Shown piece by piece: positions 40,345-53,074 of a stretch of 64,000 bases of DNA. The position numbers were made by a program, and so were the translations under genes. The stretch covers positions 8,866,001 through 8,930,000 of the forward strand of contig NC_086108.1 in the NCBI RefSeq assembly GCF_963921235.1, in the 5' to 3' direction. Source of the DNA: Mobula hypostoma. Its lineage: Eukaryota. The notes beneath the pieces are model-generated. The model was given only the letters and a program-made list of their open reading frames with translations. It had not been told where the DNA came from and did not search any database. The first letter of the stretch is position 1; every line of letters starts with the position of its first letter.

Positions 40345-43047
40345 GCGCCTCTTCCTATAGATGCTGCTTGGCCTGCTGCGTTCACCAGCAACTTTGATGT
40401 ATGTTGCTTGAATTTCCAGCATCTGCAGAATTCCTGTTGTTTGTGATAAAATAAATACTCAGTTTTAAACAGAATAAAGCAGGAGAGAAGATAATTCCAG
40501 CCCCTAACTTGGGAACAAATTAGCGAAGGACTGGACCTGCGCACAAAAGCGCCAAAACTCTGATAATTCTACACCTCAACAAATATTGTACATTCTTATA
40601 AAAGCACAGTGGAGAGAATTACTTTGCATCACATCTCAGGCAAGCTGCTTATTCTACTTATACCTGGCGAAGTGCTTAGAGAAGAATCAGGTTTACTGTC
40701 CCTGACATGCTGTGTGTAGTGAAATTAGTTGTTTTGCAGCAGCAGTACATAACTGTAAATTAGTTTAAGTATACGTATATATAAACATACACACATACAT
40801 TTATACATGAACACACACATATATTTCAAAATTTAAATAAGTAGTGCAAAAAAAGAAAAAAACAGTAGTGAGGTAGTGTTCATGGGTTCAATGTCCATTC
40901 AGAAATCTGATGGCGGAGGGGAAGAAGCTGTTCCTGAATCATTGAGTGTGTGTCTTCAGGCTTCTGTACCTCCTCCCTGATGGTAGCAATGAGAAGAGGG
41001 CATGTCCAGGGTGATGGGGGTCTGAATGATGGACACCTATTTCAGGCATCACCTCTTGAAGGTGACCTTGATGGCGACTAGTGCCCACGATGGAGCTGGC
41101 TGAGTTTACAACGCTATACAGCTTTTTCTGATCCTGTGCATTGGAGCCTCCATACCAAGTAGTGAAAGCCAAAGTGATTAGCTGACTCAAGTATTTTATT
41201 ATTTCTATATATCATCAGGTTTCAAGATATAATCACCATTACAGGAATATAACCCATGCATATCAATAGTTAACAGCAATAAGATCTTCAGGGGTTATAC
41301 TTTGTCGAGCCTGTGCTGATCAATATTGTACCCCTGCTTAATAACACCACCACCAATCCTAAACCCAGTGTTCCTCAGCTACAGAATACTCGATCAAATG
41401 TCCACAGACGTACCGTGGAGAGCATTCGAACTGGTTGCATCACCGTCAGGTACACAGGGGGTTGATGCACAGGATCGGAAAAAGCTGCAGAAAGTTGTAA
41501 ACTCAGCCAGCTCCATCATGGGAACTAGCCCATCCAGCATCGACATCTTCAAAAGGCGATGCCGCAAAAAGGTGGCGTCCATCATTAAGGACTCCAATCA
41601 CACAGAACATGCCCTCTTCCCATTGCTACCATCAGGGAGGGGTCACAGGAGCGTGAAGACACACATTCAACATTTTAGGAAGAGTTTTCTCCCCTCTGCC
41701 ATCAGATTTCTGAATGGACAGTGAACCCATAAACATTATCTGTTTTTTGCACTTTTTTAAATATACTTCTTATTGCATCCGATAATCCGATAATTTTTAA
41801 ATTATGTATTGCTGCTGCAAAAACAACATAGTACATTCCAGTTATATTAAACTTGATTCTGATGTATTAAGGAAACTGAAACATAAAGAAAAAATATGGG
41901 AACTGGGGGCTGTGGAGAAGAGACTGGATGAGATTCAAGATTGTTTCCTTACTGAATGGTGAAGCAGGTTCAATAGGACAAATGGCCTTCTTACAGCAGT
42001 GACAGATCTGCCCCCTCTAGTGATGTACACCAGGGCTTCACAGGAATAGGCAGTCTCACCCACAACCATCTCATTGTCATACAGGGAGATCCTTATCCAC
42101 TAGAACTGTAACTCACTGTTACAGAATGAAGGCAGTGTACCCCTAGTGTTCTACACAAGCCTGCAGCCACTGGGAAACTGGGAGCAAAACTTAGGTTGGA
42201 GGCCATGCCTCATATTTCATCTGGGTATCCTCTAACTTGAACATTCATTCCTCTAACATCTGGTAATTTCTCTCCCTACACTCCCCTACCCTCTTCTCTT
42301 CTCCTCTGCTGCCCATCACCTCCCTCTGGTCCCCCTCCTCCTTCCCTTTCTCCCATGATCCACTCTCCTTTCCTATCAGATTTCTTCTTCTTCAGGCCTT
42401 TACCTCTTCCACCTATCACTTCCCAGCTTCTTACTTAATCCCCCTCCCCACCCACCCACCTTCCCCCTCACCTGCTCTCACCTATCTGCTGCCATCTTGT
42501 ACTCCTCTCCCTCTCCCCGCCTTCTGCCCCCTTCCTTTCCAGTCCTAATGAAGGGTTTCAGCCCAAAATGTTGACGTTTGTTTGTGTTATTGATTTGTTT
42601 GTTTATTGAGCTACAGCGCAGAATCAGCCATTCAAGACGCACTGCCCAGCAATCCCTCCACTTAATCCCAGCCTTATTATGGGACAATTTACAATGACCA
42701 ATCAACCTACCAACCCATACGTCTTTGGACTGTGGGAAGAAACCAGAGCACCTGGAGGAAACCCACACGGTCACGGGAAGAACATACAAACTTCTTACAA
42801 GAGTGGAGGGAGTTGAACCTGGGTCGCCTGTACTGCTAAAGCGTTGTGCTAAACACAGCCGCATCATTCCTCTCCACAGACGCTACCTGACCTGCTGAGA
42901 TCCCCAGCATTTTCTGCATTTCCAGCATCTGCAGAATTTCTTGTGTCTAGAATGCCTCATGACTCTGCATGGATTTTTTCTGTTTCACTTCCACAGTAGA
43001 GAACCGCGTTTGTGGAATTTGAATAGCGGAACGTGTCAGAAACTCAC

Positions 43048-43132
43048 TCTTTCGGAGGTGCTACTTTGGAGTCTGATTGTAGAACGAGGTCAACCCACAG
43101 GGGTTTCAGTTTTCCTTTATTGTGAATGAGAT
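43048..43132 (-). CDS. NOP53: NOP53 exon 3 (DLIHNKGKLKPLWVDLVLQSDSKVAPPKD)
   Basis: T-rich acceptor ending taatag, GA|GTGAGT donor, 85 nt; KPL.VDL.L...SKV..PKD motif. Confidence 0.92.
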
Positions 43133-43620
43133 CTATTAAACAAAAATAAAGCATTATTGACCATGCATAAAGTTTTTAAAAAATCCTTCCCCCTCTTCCT
43201 TTCCAGTCCCAATGAAGAATCTTGGCCCAAAATATCAACTGTTTATTCCCCTCCACAGATGCTGCCTGATCTGCAGAGTTCCTACAGCACTTTGTGTGTG
43301 TTGCCCTAGATTTCCAGCATCTGCAGAATCTCTTGTATTTATCATGTGCCTATCTCCAGTCTCGTGTCTGGCTCCCTTCCCTTCTCCTTCTGTCCATCAC
43401 TTCCCTCTAGTTCCCCTCCTCGTTCCCTTTCTCCCATGGTGAACTCTCCTATCAGATTCATTCTTCAGCCCTTTACCTCTTCCATCCATCACCTCTCAGC
43501 TTCTTACTTCACCACCTTCCTGCTCACCTGCCTTCACCCATCACCTGCTGGCTTGTACTCCTTCCCTTCTTCTTATTCTGACATTTTCCCCCTTCCTTTC
43601 CAGTCCTGATGAAGAGTCTT

Positions 43621-44565
43621 ATCATCTCCAAGTTTGCGGATGACACAAAGCTGGGTGGCAGTGTTAGCAGTGAGGAGGATGCTAAGAGGATGCAGGGTGA
43701 CTTGGATAGGTTGGGTGAGTGGGCAAACTCATGGCAGATGCAATTTAATGTGGATAAATGTGAAGTTATCCACTTTGGTGGCAAAAATAGGAAAACAGAT
43801 TATTATCTGAATGGTGGCCGATTAGGAAAAGGGGAGGTGCAACGAGACCTGGGTGTCATTATACACCAGTCATTGAAAGTGGGCATGCAGGTACAGCAGG
43901 CGGTGAAAAAGGCGAACGGTATGCTGGCATTTATAGCGAGAGGATTCGAGTACAGGAGCAGGGAGGTACTACTGCAGTTGTACAAGGCCTTGGTGAGACC
44001 ACACCTGGAGTATTGTGTGCAGTTTTGGTCCCCTAATCTGAGGAAAGACATCTTTGCCATAGAGGGAGTACAAAGAAGGTTCACCAGATTGATTCCTGGG
44101 ATGGCAGGTCTTTCATATGAAGAAAGACTGGATGAACTGGGCTTGTACTCGTTGGAATTTAGAAGATTGAGGGGGGATCTGATTGAAACGTATAAGATCC
44201 TAAAGGGATTGGACAGGCTAGATGCGGGAAGATTGTTCCCGATGTTGGGGAGGTCTAGAACGAGGGGTCACAGTTTGAGGATAGAGGGGAAGCCTTTTAG
44301 GACCGAGGTTAGGAAAAACTTCTTCACACAGAGAGTGGTGAATCTGTGGAATTCTCTGCCACAGCAAACTGTTGAGGCCAGTTCATTAGCTATGTTTAAA
44401 AGGAAGTTAGATATGGCCCTTGTGGCTACAGGGGTCAGGGGGTATGGAGGGAAGGCTGGGTTCTGAGTTGGATGATCAGCCATGATCATAATAAATGGCG
44501 GTGCAGGCTCGAAGGGCCGAATGGCCTACTCCTGCACCTATTTTCTATGTTTCTATGTTTCTATG
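43621..44565 (+). mobile_element. CR1-type LINE, 5'-truncated, same young family as 730-1925
   Basis: KFADDTKLGG...RPHLEYCVQFWSP ORF nearly identical to 828-1883; (TTCTATGT)3 tail; sits inside a Penelope-like terminal repeat. Confidence 0.92.
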
Positions 44566-47221
44566 TTTATTCTCCTCCACAGACGCTGCCTGACCTGCTG
44601 AGTTCCTCCAGGATTTTGTGTGTTATCCCCGACCTCCAGCACCCGCAGAATCACGTTTATATAAAAAAAACTTGCCAAAAGTATCAACCCAGTTTCCCCA
44701 AGAGTCAACCTAATTCCTCTCTTAAACCTGGATTTTTTCTCTCCCATACATGTTTCCTTTGAGGGAGCAAAGCCAGGATTTAATGACCCACCACCATCAG
44801 ACATAGGAGAAATAGGCCCTTTCGGCCTATCGTTGCCTTGGTGGTGTCCTTCAGTGGCTTCATGCACATCAGCGCTTCATTGGGCCACGAGTTTAGAATC
44901 CGGGGCGGAGGGAGGCAAGCCTTTTGGGGTCTGAAGCCATGTTCTCTGCAAGTCCATAGCTCTCTGAAAGAGGCAACTGCTTTGGGTGGCACCCAGTCTT
45001 TATCCTTTATGAGTCAGGGCAGTGAATATAGAAGTTGGGAAGTCAAGTTTCAGCTGTACGAAACTTTGACACTAACTGGCTGCATCACTGTCTGGTATAG
45101 GGTGGGGCTACTGCATAGGATTGAAGCTGCAGGAAGTTCTAAACTCAAAGTCAGCTCCATCGTGGACACTAGCCTCTGTAGTATCCAGGGCATCTTCAAG
45201 AAGCGATGCCTCTAAAAGGTGGCATTTATCATCAAGGACTCCATCACCCAGGATATGCCCTCTTCTCATTGCTACCATCAGGAAGGAAGTACAGAAGCGT
45301 GAATGCACACACTCAATGATGCAGGAACAGCTTCTGCCATCCAATTTCTGAATGGACACTGAACCCATGAACATTACCTCACTACTTCTTTGCACTACTA
45401 ACTCAATTTAAATATTGGGGGCTTTGGAGAGGGTATAGGAAAGGTTCACCAGGATGCTGCCTGGATTAGAGTACTCGCTACAGGGAGAGATTGGACAAGT
45501 TTGGATTGTCCGCTCTGAAGCAATGTAGCTGAGGGACAACATGATAGGTTAGATAGCCAGACTTTTTCCAAAGCCAAAAATGGCTAATATGTTAATTCAT
45601 TATGTACCATGTCATATGACTTGGGCGATCGTGGTCTCTCCAAGACCATGATTGTTCTGGGCAAATTTTTCTTCTGGGCAGTGTCTTTACAAGAGGGGTG
45701 ACCCCAGCCATTATCAATACTCTTCAAAGATTGTCTGCCTGGTGTCAGTGGTCACATAACCAGAACTTGTGATCTGCACCGGCTGCTCATATGGCCATCC
45801 ACTACCTGCTCCCATGGCTTTACATGACTGTGATTGGGGGGGGGAGGGGGGGAGGAGAGGGGGCTAAGCAGGTGCTACACCTTGCTCAAGGGTGACTTGC
45901 AGGTCAGCGGAGGGAAGGAGCGCCTTACACCTCCTTTGGTAGAGGTGTATCTCCACCATGTATTTCTAATACACGTATGTAAGTCAGTCAGTAAGTAAGT
46001 AAGTAAATATATAAATAAAGGCATAATTTAGGCAGAAGGCAGGAGAGAAAGCAGCGCGCTGAGCGTGTGCAGCTCTCCGGTGAAAAATGATATCGTATCC
46101 GTTAAATAGGGGCCGTGGACAATTCTGATTTGATGGAGAATGGACGTGAAAGCACAGAGGAACATCTGGAGAAATTTCTGAAACGCCCGTTCGCTGCTGT
46201 CGTTACTGTGTGGTCGTGAATCTTTCGGAGGGTAGGCCTCAAAATCCCCGGCCTTGCCTGCTTTTGGCGACTGAGAAGAAGGTTGAATCGTTCGGACAGA
46301 GATGGCGCTCAGTACTCGGTGTCGGAGAGCTGATCAAAGCTCGAAGTTTTCGGATGACTCAGAGTCGGATTGTGGTCGGCATGGCAGGGAGAGCTTTTCT
46401 TCCTTCTCCCGTCTGCGTGAGATGTGGAACATTTGAGAGACTTTGAACTTTACTGTGCTGATGGACTGTTCTTCATCAAGTTATGGTATTGTTACACTGT
46501 TCGTAACGATATGTTATAATTATGTGGTTTTGTCAGTTTTTTCAGTCTTGGTCTGTCCTGTGTTTTGTGATATCACACCGGAGGAAATAATGTATCATTT
46601 CTTAATGCATACATTACTAAATGACAATAAAAGAGGACTGCGTGTCTTTATAATCATAATTTTAAGGTGATTGGAGGAAAGTATAAGAAGGATGTCAGAG
46701 AGTGGTAAAGCCTGCCAGAGGTGGTGATGGAGGTAGATACATTAGGGGCACTTAAGATCTGCCAAGCAGAGGAAAGGAGCACCTTATACCTCCTTTGGTA
46801 GACACACATCTTCACCCCATCACCCATGTAGCTCTCAAAAATAGAATAAATTCAGAAACACAAGAGATTCTGCAGATGCTGGAAATCCAGAGCAATACAC
46901 ACAAAATGCTGGAGGAACTCAGCAGGACAGGCAGCATCAATGGGAAAAAGTCAACATTTCAGGCAGAGACCCTTCATCAGGACTGGAAAGAGAGAAGGAG
47001 AGGTCAGACTAAGAAGGTGGGGGGAGGGGAGGAAGAAGTACAAAATGGTAGGTGATAGGTCAAACCGGGAGAGGGTGGAAAGGGTGACGTAAAGAGCTGG
47101 GAAGCTGATTGGCAAAAGGGACAAAGAGACGGAGAAGGATAAATTCAGTATTGGCTTCAGGCAGTGAAGATTCAGCCTGATGTGCAGGGCATTTCTCTGT
47201 CTGACAGAAGACATTTCTCAC

Positions 47222-47286
47222 CTTTCTTTTCATTTCCTGTGTCAACGAAGTACAGGCTGTCATCTGTCTTTTCAGACACAAGACCT
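47222..47286 (-). CDS. NOP53: NOP53 exon 2 (GLVSEKTDDSLYFVDTGNEKK), carrying the MTR4 arch-interacting motif (LYFVD)
   Basis: tttccag acceptor, AAG|GTGAGA donor, 65 nt, phase fits exons 1 and 3; similar to human GLLSEAPNEKLFFVDTG as recalled. Confidence 0.93.
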
Positions 47287-47459
47287 CTGGAAATAAGCAG
47301 AGTTCACTCCATTAGACAATCCAAAACCAGAGTACAAGAAAGCTATTTCATACACTGCAACACAAAGACTGAACAGTAAGTTACACACCTATGTCATTAT
47401 TTACAATTTGTTGAGGGCTGCAATCACCACTAAAGGCTTCACAATGGGTCTTGCAGTTC

Positions 47460-50050
47460 AAAGTTCTAAGTAAAATTTACTATCAGAGTACATACATGTC
47501 CCCAGATGCTTTTTTTGCAAGCATACTTAGCAAATCTATAGAACAGTAAATGTAAACTGGATCAAGGGAAAACAATGTGTTCAAATACAGATATACATAA
47601 ATAGCAATAAATAACGAGCAGGAAACAACAGGATACAGATTCCTTAAAGTGAGACTATTGGTTGTGGGAACACCAGAAATAGAATGAGTGTAGTTATAAC
47701 CTTTTGTTCAAGAGTCTGATGGTTGAGGGGTAGTAACTGTAACTGAACCTGGTGATGCAAGTCCCGAGGCACTTGTACACTTTACCTGATGGCAGCAGTG
47801 AGAAGAGAGGTGAGGACCTTTGATGATGGGTGCTGCTTTTTTACAGCAACATTTCATGTAGGTGTGCTCAATGGTTCAGTGGGATTTACCTGTGATATAC
47901 CGGCCAAATCCACTCAAAGGTATTGGTGTTCCCATAACAGGCCATGGTGCAGTCAGTCAGCACACTTCCCACGATACACCTACAGGAAATTGCCAGCATT
48001 TCTGATGACATGCTGAATCTCCACAGATTCCTGAGTAGAGGCACTACTGTGCTTTCTTCGCAATTGTATTTATATGACGGGTCCAGGACAGGTCTTCTGA
48101 GATAGTGACACCCAGAAGTTCAAAGTTACTGATCCGCTCCACTTCTGATCTTCTGATGATTACTGGTTCATGGACTTCTGATTTCCCTCTCCTGAGGTTT
48201 ACAATCAGTTCCTTGGTCTTAATGACATTGAGTGAGAGGTTGTTGTTATTACACCACTCAGCAAGATTTCAATCTCCCTCCTGTATGCTGATTCATCACC
48301 ACCTTTGATACAGCCCACAACGGTGGTGTCATCAGCAAACTAGTATATGGTGTTGGAGCTGTACTTAGCCACACAGTCATAGGTGTAAAGCGAGTAGAGC
48401 AGAGGGCTAAGTACACATCCCTGTGGTGCACTGTGCTGATGGAGATTGTGGAGATGTTTTTGCCAATCAGAACTGACTGGGGTATTGAGACCCCGGTCTA
48501 GTTAACTGATTAGTTTTGAGGGGACGATGATATTAAATGCTGAGCTACAGTCAATAAACAGCTTCACTTCCACATCTGGACATCTTTGCTGTCCAGATGT
48601 TCCAGGGTTGTGTGAAGAGTCAACAAAATAGCATCTGCTGTAGACCTGTCGCTTCAGTAGGCAAATTGAAACCGATCCAAGCTGCCACTCAGACAGGAGC
48701 TGATATGCTTCAACACCAGCCATTAAAACACTTCATCACAGGACGGTAGTCTTTGAGACAGGTTACCATGCTCTTCTTGGGCACCAGTATAATTGAAGCC
48801 TGCTTGAAGCAGGTGGATACAACACACTGCTGGAGCCAGAGGTTGAAGATATCTGTGAAAACACCAGCCAGCTGGTCGGCACAGGTCTTCAGTACTCGGC
48901 TAGGGACTCCATCCAGATCAGATTCTTTCCTTGGATTCGCTCTCTTGAAGGCAGCCTGCACGTCATCTTCAGATACTGAGACCAAAGGATCATCAGGAGA
49001 CGTAAGGATACGTGATAATTCCTCACTATTCCAGGGGTCAAAGTGAGTATAGAAGGCATTGAGCTCATCTGGCAGTAAAGCTCTGCTGTCCCCTATGTTG
49101 CAAGAGATTTAACTTTGTAGGAGGTTATGGCATTCAAACCCTGCCACAGGCTGTCCTCATCGACTCCAGTAGGTCTGGAATCTCTACCTCACTTGTGAGA
49201 TGGCTTTCCAGAGATCATACCTGCACCTCATTCCTGATCTCCAGACTTGAATGCCTCTGATCTGGCTCTCAGCAAATTCCAGATTTCAATGTTCAACCAG
49301 CACTTTTGATTGGGGTAAACCCTGAACGATTTTGTGGGGACACACTTATCCACAGCTGTTTTAATAAAGTCTGTTATTTGTAATTGTTGTAGTCATTCAG
49401 GTCCTCAGATGAGTTCTTGAACTCAGCCTAGCCCACTGACTGAAGGCAATCCTGTAATCGTTCCTCTGCCTTCCACAACCACCTCTTAGTTGTCTTGATC
49501 TCTGGAACCTTGCTCTTTAGGCTGTCTGAATGCCAGCGGTAGGAGTACAGCCAAATGATCTGACTTGCCAAAATGCGGTCTCGGGAAGGAATCACAGGCA
49601 TTCCTTATTACAGTGCAGCGAAGAGTTGGGACCTCTGGTGCAACAGGTTACGTGCTGGTGATAATTGGGCAGGGTTTTCTTCAAACAGGTCTGGTTTGAA
49701 GTCACTGACTATAATTTGAGCAACACACACAAAAAATGCTGGTGAACACAGCAGGCCAGGCTGCATCTATAGGAAGAGGTACAGTCGACGTTTCGGGCCG
49801 AGACTCTTCGTCCTGACAAAGCGCCTCGGCCCGAAACGTCGACTGTACCTCTTCCTATAGATGCTGCCTGGCCTGCTGTGCTCACCAGCATTTTTTGTGT
49901 GTGTTGCTTGAATTTCCAGCATCTGCAGATTTCCTTATGTTTGCAACTATAATTTGACGTGCTGGGATGGACTGTTTCTTGCCAGCAGGCAACATTCTGC
50001 AGTTTCGCGAATGCTTGCTTATAATTAGCCACTGGTGGTATGTACATTAA
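47460..50050 (-). mobile_element. Rex1/Babar-like non-LTR retrotransposon, degenerate, interrupted by the 49720-49945 insertion
   Basis: VLKTCADQLAGVFTDIFN, LFIDCSSAFNIIVP fragments; many stops. Confidence 0.75.
49720..49945. mobile_element. Miniature inverted pair of Penelope-like terminal repeats
   Basis: Inverted arms ~49720-49803 and ~49825-49907 plus a ~38-nt tail; TSD ACTATAATTTGA at 49708-49719 and 49946-49957. Confidence 0.85.
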
Positions 50051-53000
50051 AACTCCAATACAATGACAGAAATTACACGTGCATACGTATGTAGAGGGAG
50101 AGTTCGTACCTGGCTAGGACCATCACAGGTGGATGCTTGAGTTAAACCTGTCTCAATCAATACTACACCTTCTGAAGAAATGATATAACATTAGCAGTCA
50201 GATGCAAGTAGTTAGGAAGGCAAGAGGCATGTTTCTCTTTAGTACAAGAGGGTTGGAGTTTAGAAACAGATTTTGTTACAATTGAGCTCTCAATCTGTCT
50301 AAGTCCTTCTGGAGCCTCTCTACTTAAAACTACCTGCCCCTCCTCATGTCTTCATATTGTCTGCAAACTTTGTAACAAAGCCATCAATTCCGTCATCCAA
50401 ATTACTGGAATATAACACAAAAAGCACCAGTCCGAAGACTCCTGAGGAACACCACTAGTCACTGGCAGCCAAACCGAAATGGCTCCCCTTACTCCCACCC
50501 TTTGGCCCTCACCAATCAGCCACTGTTTAATCCATCCATCCCTGTAATAATAAGCCAAGGGCTTATTAAGCAACCTAGAGTGTGGCACCTTATCAAAGGC
50601 CTTCTGAAAATCCAAGTACACAACATCTTTTTCTATCATTTGGGTTGCTTTTCCAGCTCGAGTTTCACTTAAGGAAACCAATTCTCCTTTGTCGACCCTG
50701 CTTATTACTTCTTCCAAGAATACCAACAGATTTGTCAGGCAAGTTTTCCTTAAGGAAACAATGCTGACCTTAGAAAAACAGAGGGCTATGGGTAACCCTA
50801 GGTAATTTCTGAGGTAAGGACTTGTTTGGCACAGCTTTGTGGGCCAAAGGGCCTGTACTGTGCTGTAGGTTTTCTAAGTTTCTATGATCTCTCTCTGTCT
50901 CTCCCCCTCTCACTCGCTGTCCAAGGGAAGTGCTGGAGTCTTGTGTCTTGAACAAGGTTTAATTGACATGGTTTGTGGATCGGACTCTGTAGTTTACGGT
51001 TTGATGTGTTTCTGGTTGCCCCTTCTTTGTTGCTATTTTGTGCTTTTGATGGGGGCAGACAGGCTCCGCAGCCTGCAGTCAACAAACAGCACAGCATTAA
51101 GATTCAACTGAACATTCCTGAACTGTCTGACCTTATATGTTCTGTGTTTTTCACCAGTCCAGTTTTTTTTTGTTTGTGCAATTTGTTCTTTTTTTTGCAT
51201 GTTAGGGGTTTGATTTTTTAAAAATAAGTTCCATGGTTTTCTTTGTTTCATGGCAGTCTGTGGGAGAGGCGAATCTCAGGGTTGTAAATTGCATGGACGT
51301 TGATAATAAATATATTTTGAATCTCTGTGACCCACTAACATAAAGAAGAAGATACAAGTGCATCAGTACTAGTACCGCCAGACTGGGAAACAGCTTCTAC
51401 CCCCAGGCTGTGAGACTAACGAATACCCTGCCATCACTGAGGTCTCATCTCTTGAGACAGCAAGTTGCTTACTGTTTCCCTGTGCTGCGCACCACATACA
51501 TTTTGAATTATATTTGTTAAATTATTTGTGGTAATGTATTGTTTTATGTGCTGTGTGTGATGCATGTTCCGTAGATGCATTGTGGTCCGGAGGAACATCG
51601 TTTTGTTTGGATGTACAGGTGTGTATGGGGTGTCCAAGGAGGGGAAGCACTTCTGGTGAAGGGGCTCGTCCTGTCCATTCTGGGGCAGCTCACTCACTTT
51701 TGGTCTCTACTGGACACTCAGCTCTCACCTGTGGCTCCAAGTAGCTGTCTGCATGTGACAGAGGCCACACCCTGGTACACCACTTTGACAGTGGGCTAAA
51801 CCAGGTGAGGGTGACTGGCGGGCCGGCCTCATACCCCCAGTGAGATAGAAAGGTGAATGTCTCAGCTCCAGCGGAGATCTACAGTGAGATCCAAGGGTGA
51901 CCTGCAGGCTTGAGCAGGGAAGGAGCAGCTTACACCTCTGGTAGAGATGTCTCTCCACCCCATCACATATTACCAGCAGTACGTTAACCACATTGAACCG
52001 CAAGAGACCTCCACTCAATCCCATACCTATGTGGTACACTGACAAATCTATTCAAGTCCAGAATCATGTTACACAGTAATGCGCTAGCATCTGGCACCCC
52101 AGTGTTACACAGTGACAAACTGCTGGAGGAACCTGGCAAGTCAGACATCAGAAGACATTGGAGCAGAATTAGGCCATTCAGCCCATTGAGTCTGCTTCAC
52201 CATTCCATCATGGCTGATTCATTATCCTTCTCAACCCCATTCCTCTGCTTTCTCCTCACAACTTTGACACCCCAGCTAGTCAAGAACCTATCATCCCTCA
52301 CTTTAAATATACCCCTCCACAGCTGTCTGTGGCAATGAATTCCAACACATTCACCACCCTCTGGCTAAAGAAATTCCTCCTCATCTATGTTCCAAATTGA
52401 CACATTTTGAGGCTATGCATTCTTGGTAGGACCCTTTATCAGGACTTGGCCCAAAATGTCAACTGTTTCTTCCCCTCCTTAGAAGCTGCCTGACCTGCTG
52501 AGATCTTCCAGTATGGTGTGTGTGTTCCTCTGGGTTTCCAGCCCTGATTCAGAGTTTCAACCTGAGACGTCAACATGATGAAATGGGTGAACAGACTCAA
52601 TGGGCCAAAATGGCCTAATTCTGCACCTATACCTCATGGTCAATTCCTCAAATTCAAGTTTATTGTCATGCAACTGTGCACATGTATACCACCAGATGAA
52701 ACAATGTTCCTCCTAACCAAGGTGCACAACGTGGTACATAATTCACACACAACTCAAAGAAAAATTACCACAAACAAATCAACAAATAGTAAGGAGTATT
52801 AAAGCAACAAGTTAAAACATAAACAGCATAATGTTACCGGTGCTTCATATGCGATGAGTCCTGGGTGGTGGCAGGGAATTCAGTAGTCTCAAAGCCTGGA
52901 GGAAGAAGCTGTTTCTCATACTAACCATCCTTGCCCTACAGTACCTCCTGCCTGATGGTAAGGAGTCAAAGAGATTGTGGGACAGATGGGAGGCTTCTCA

Positions 53001-53074
53001 GACAATGCTTCTCCTCCCTGAGTTCCTCCAGCAGATTCTTTGCCGTTCCAGATTCCAGTACCTACTCTGAGACT

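Larger units (their letters stand above)
37027..40443. mobile_element. Palindromic insertion of two inverted 5'-truncated Penelope-like (Neptune-type) retroelement copies
   Basis: Arms 37027-38692 (-) and ~38701-40443 (+). RT motifs GVAMGTRMGPSYA and RYIDD, Cys linker CKRNKCYTC, GIY-YIG VIYCVRC...LLYIGET...RFAEH. TSD TGATAAAATAAAT at 37014-37026 and 40444-40456. Confidence 0.92.
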
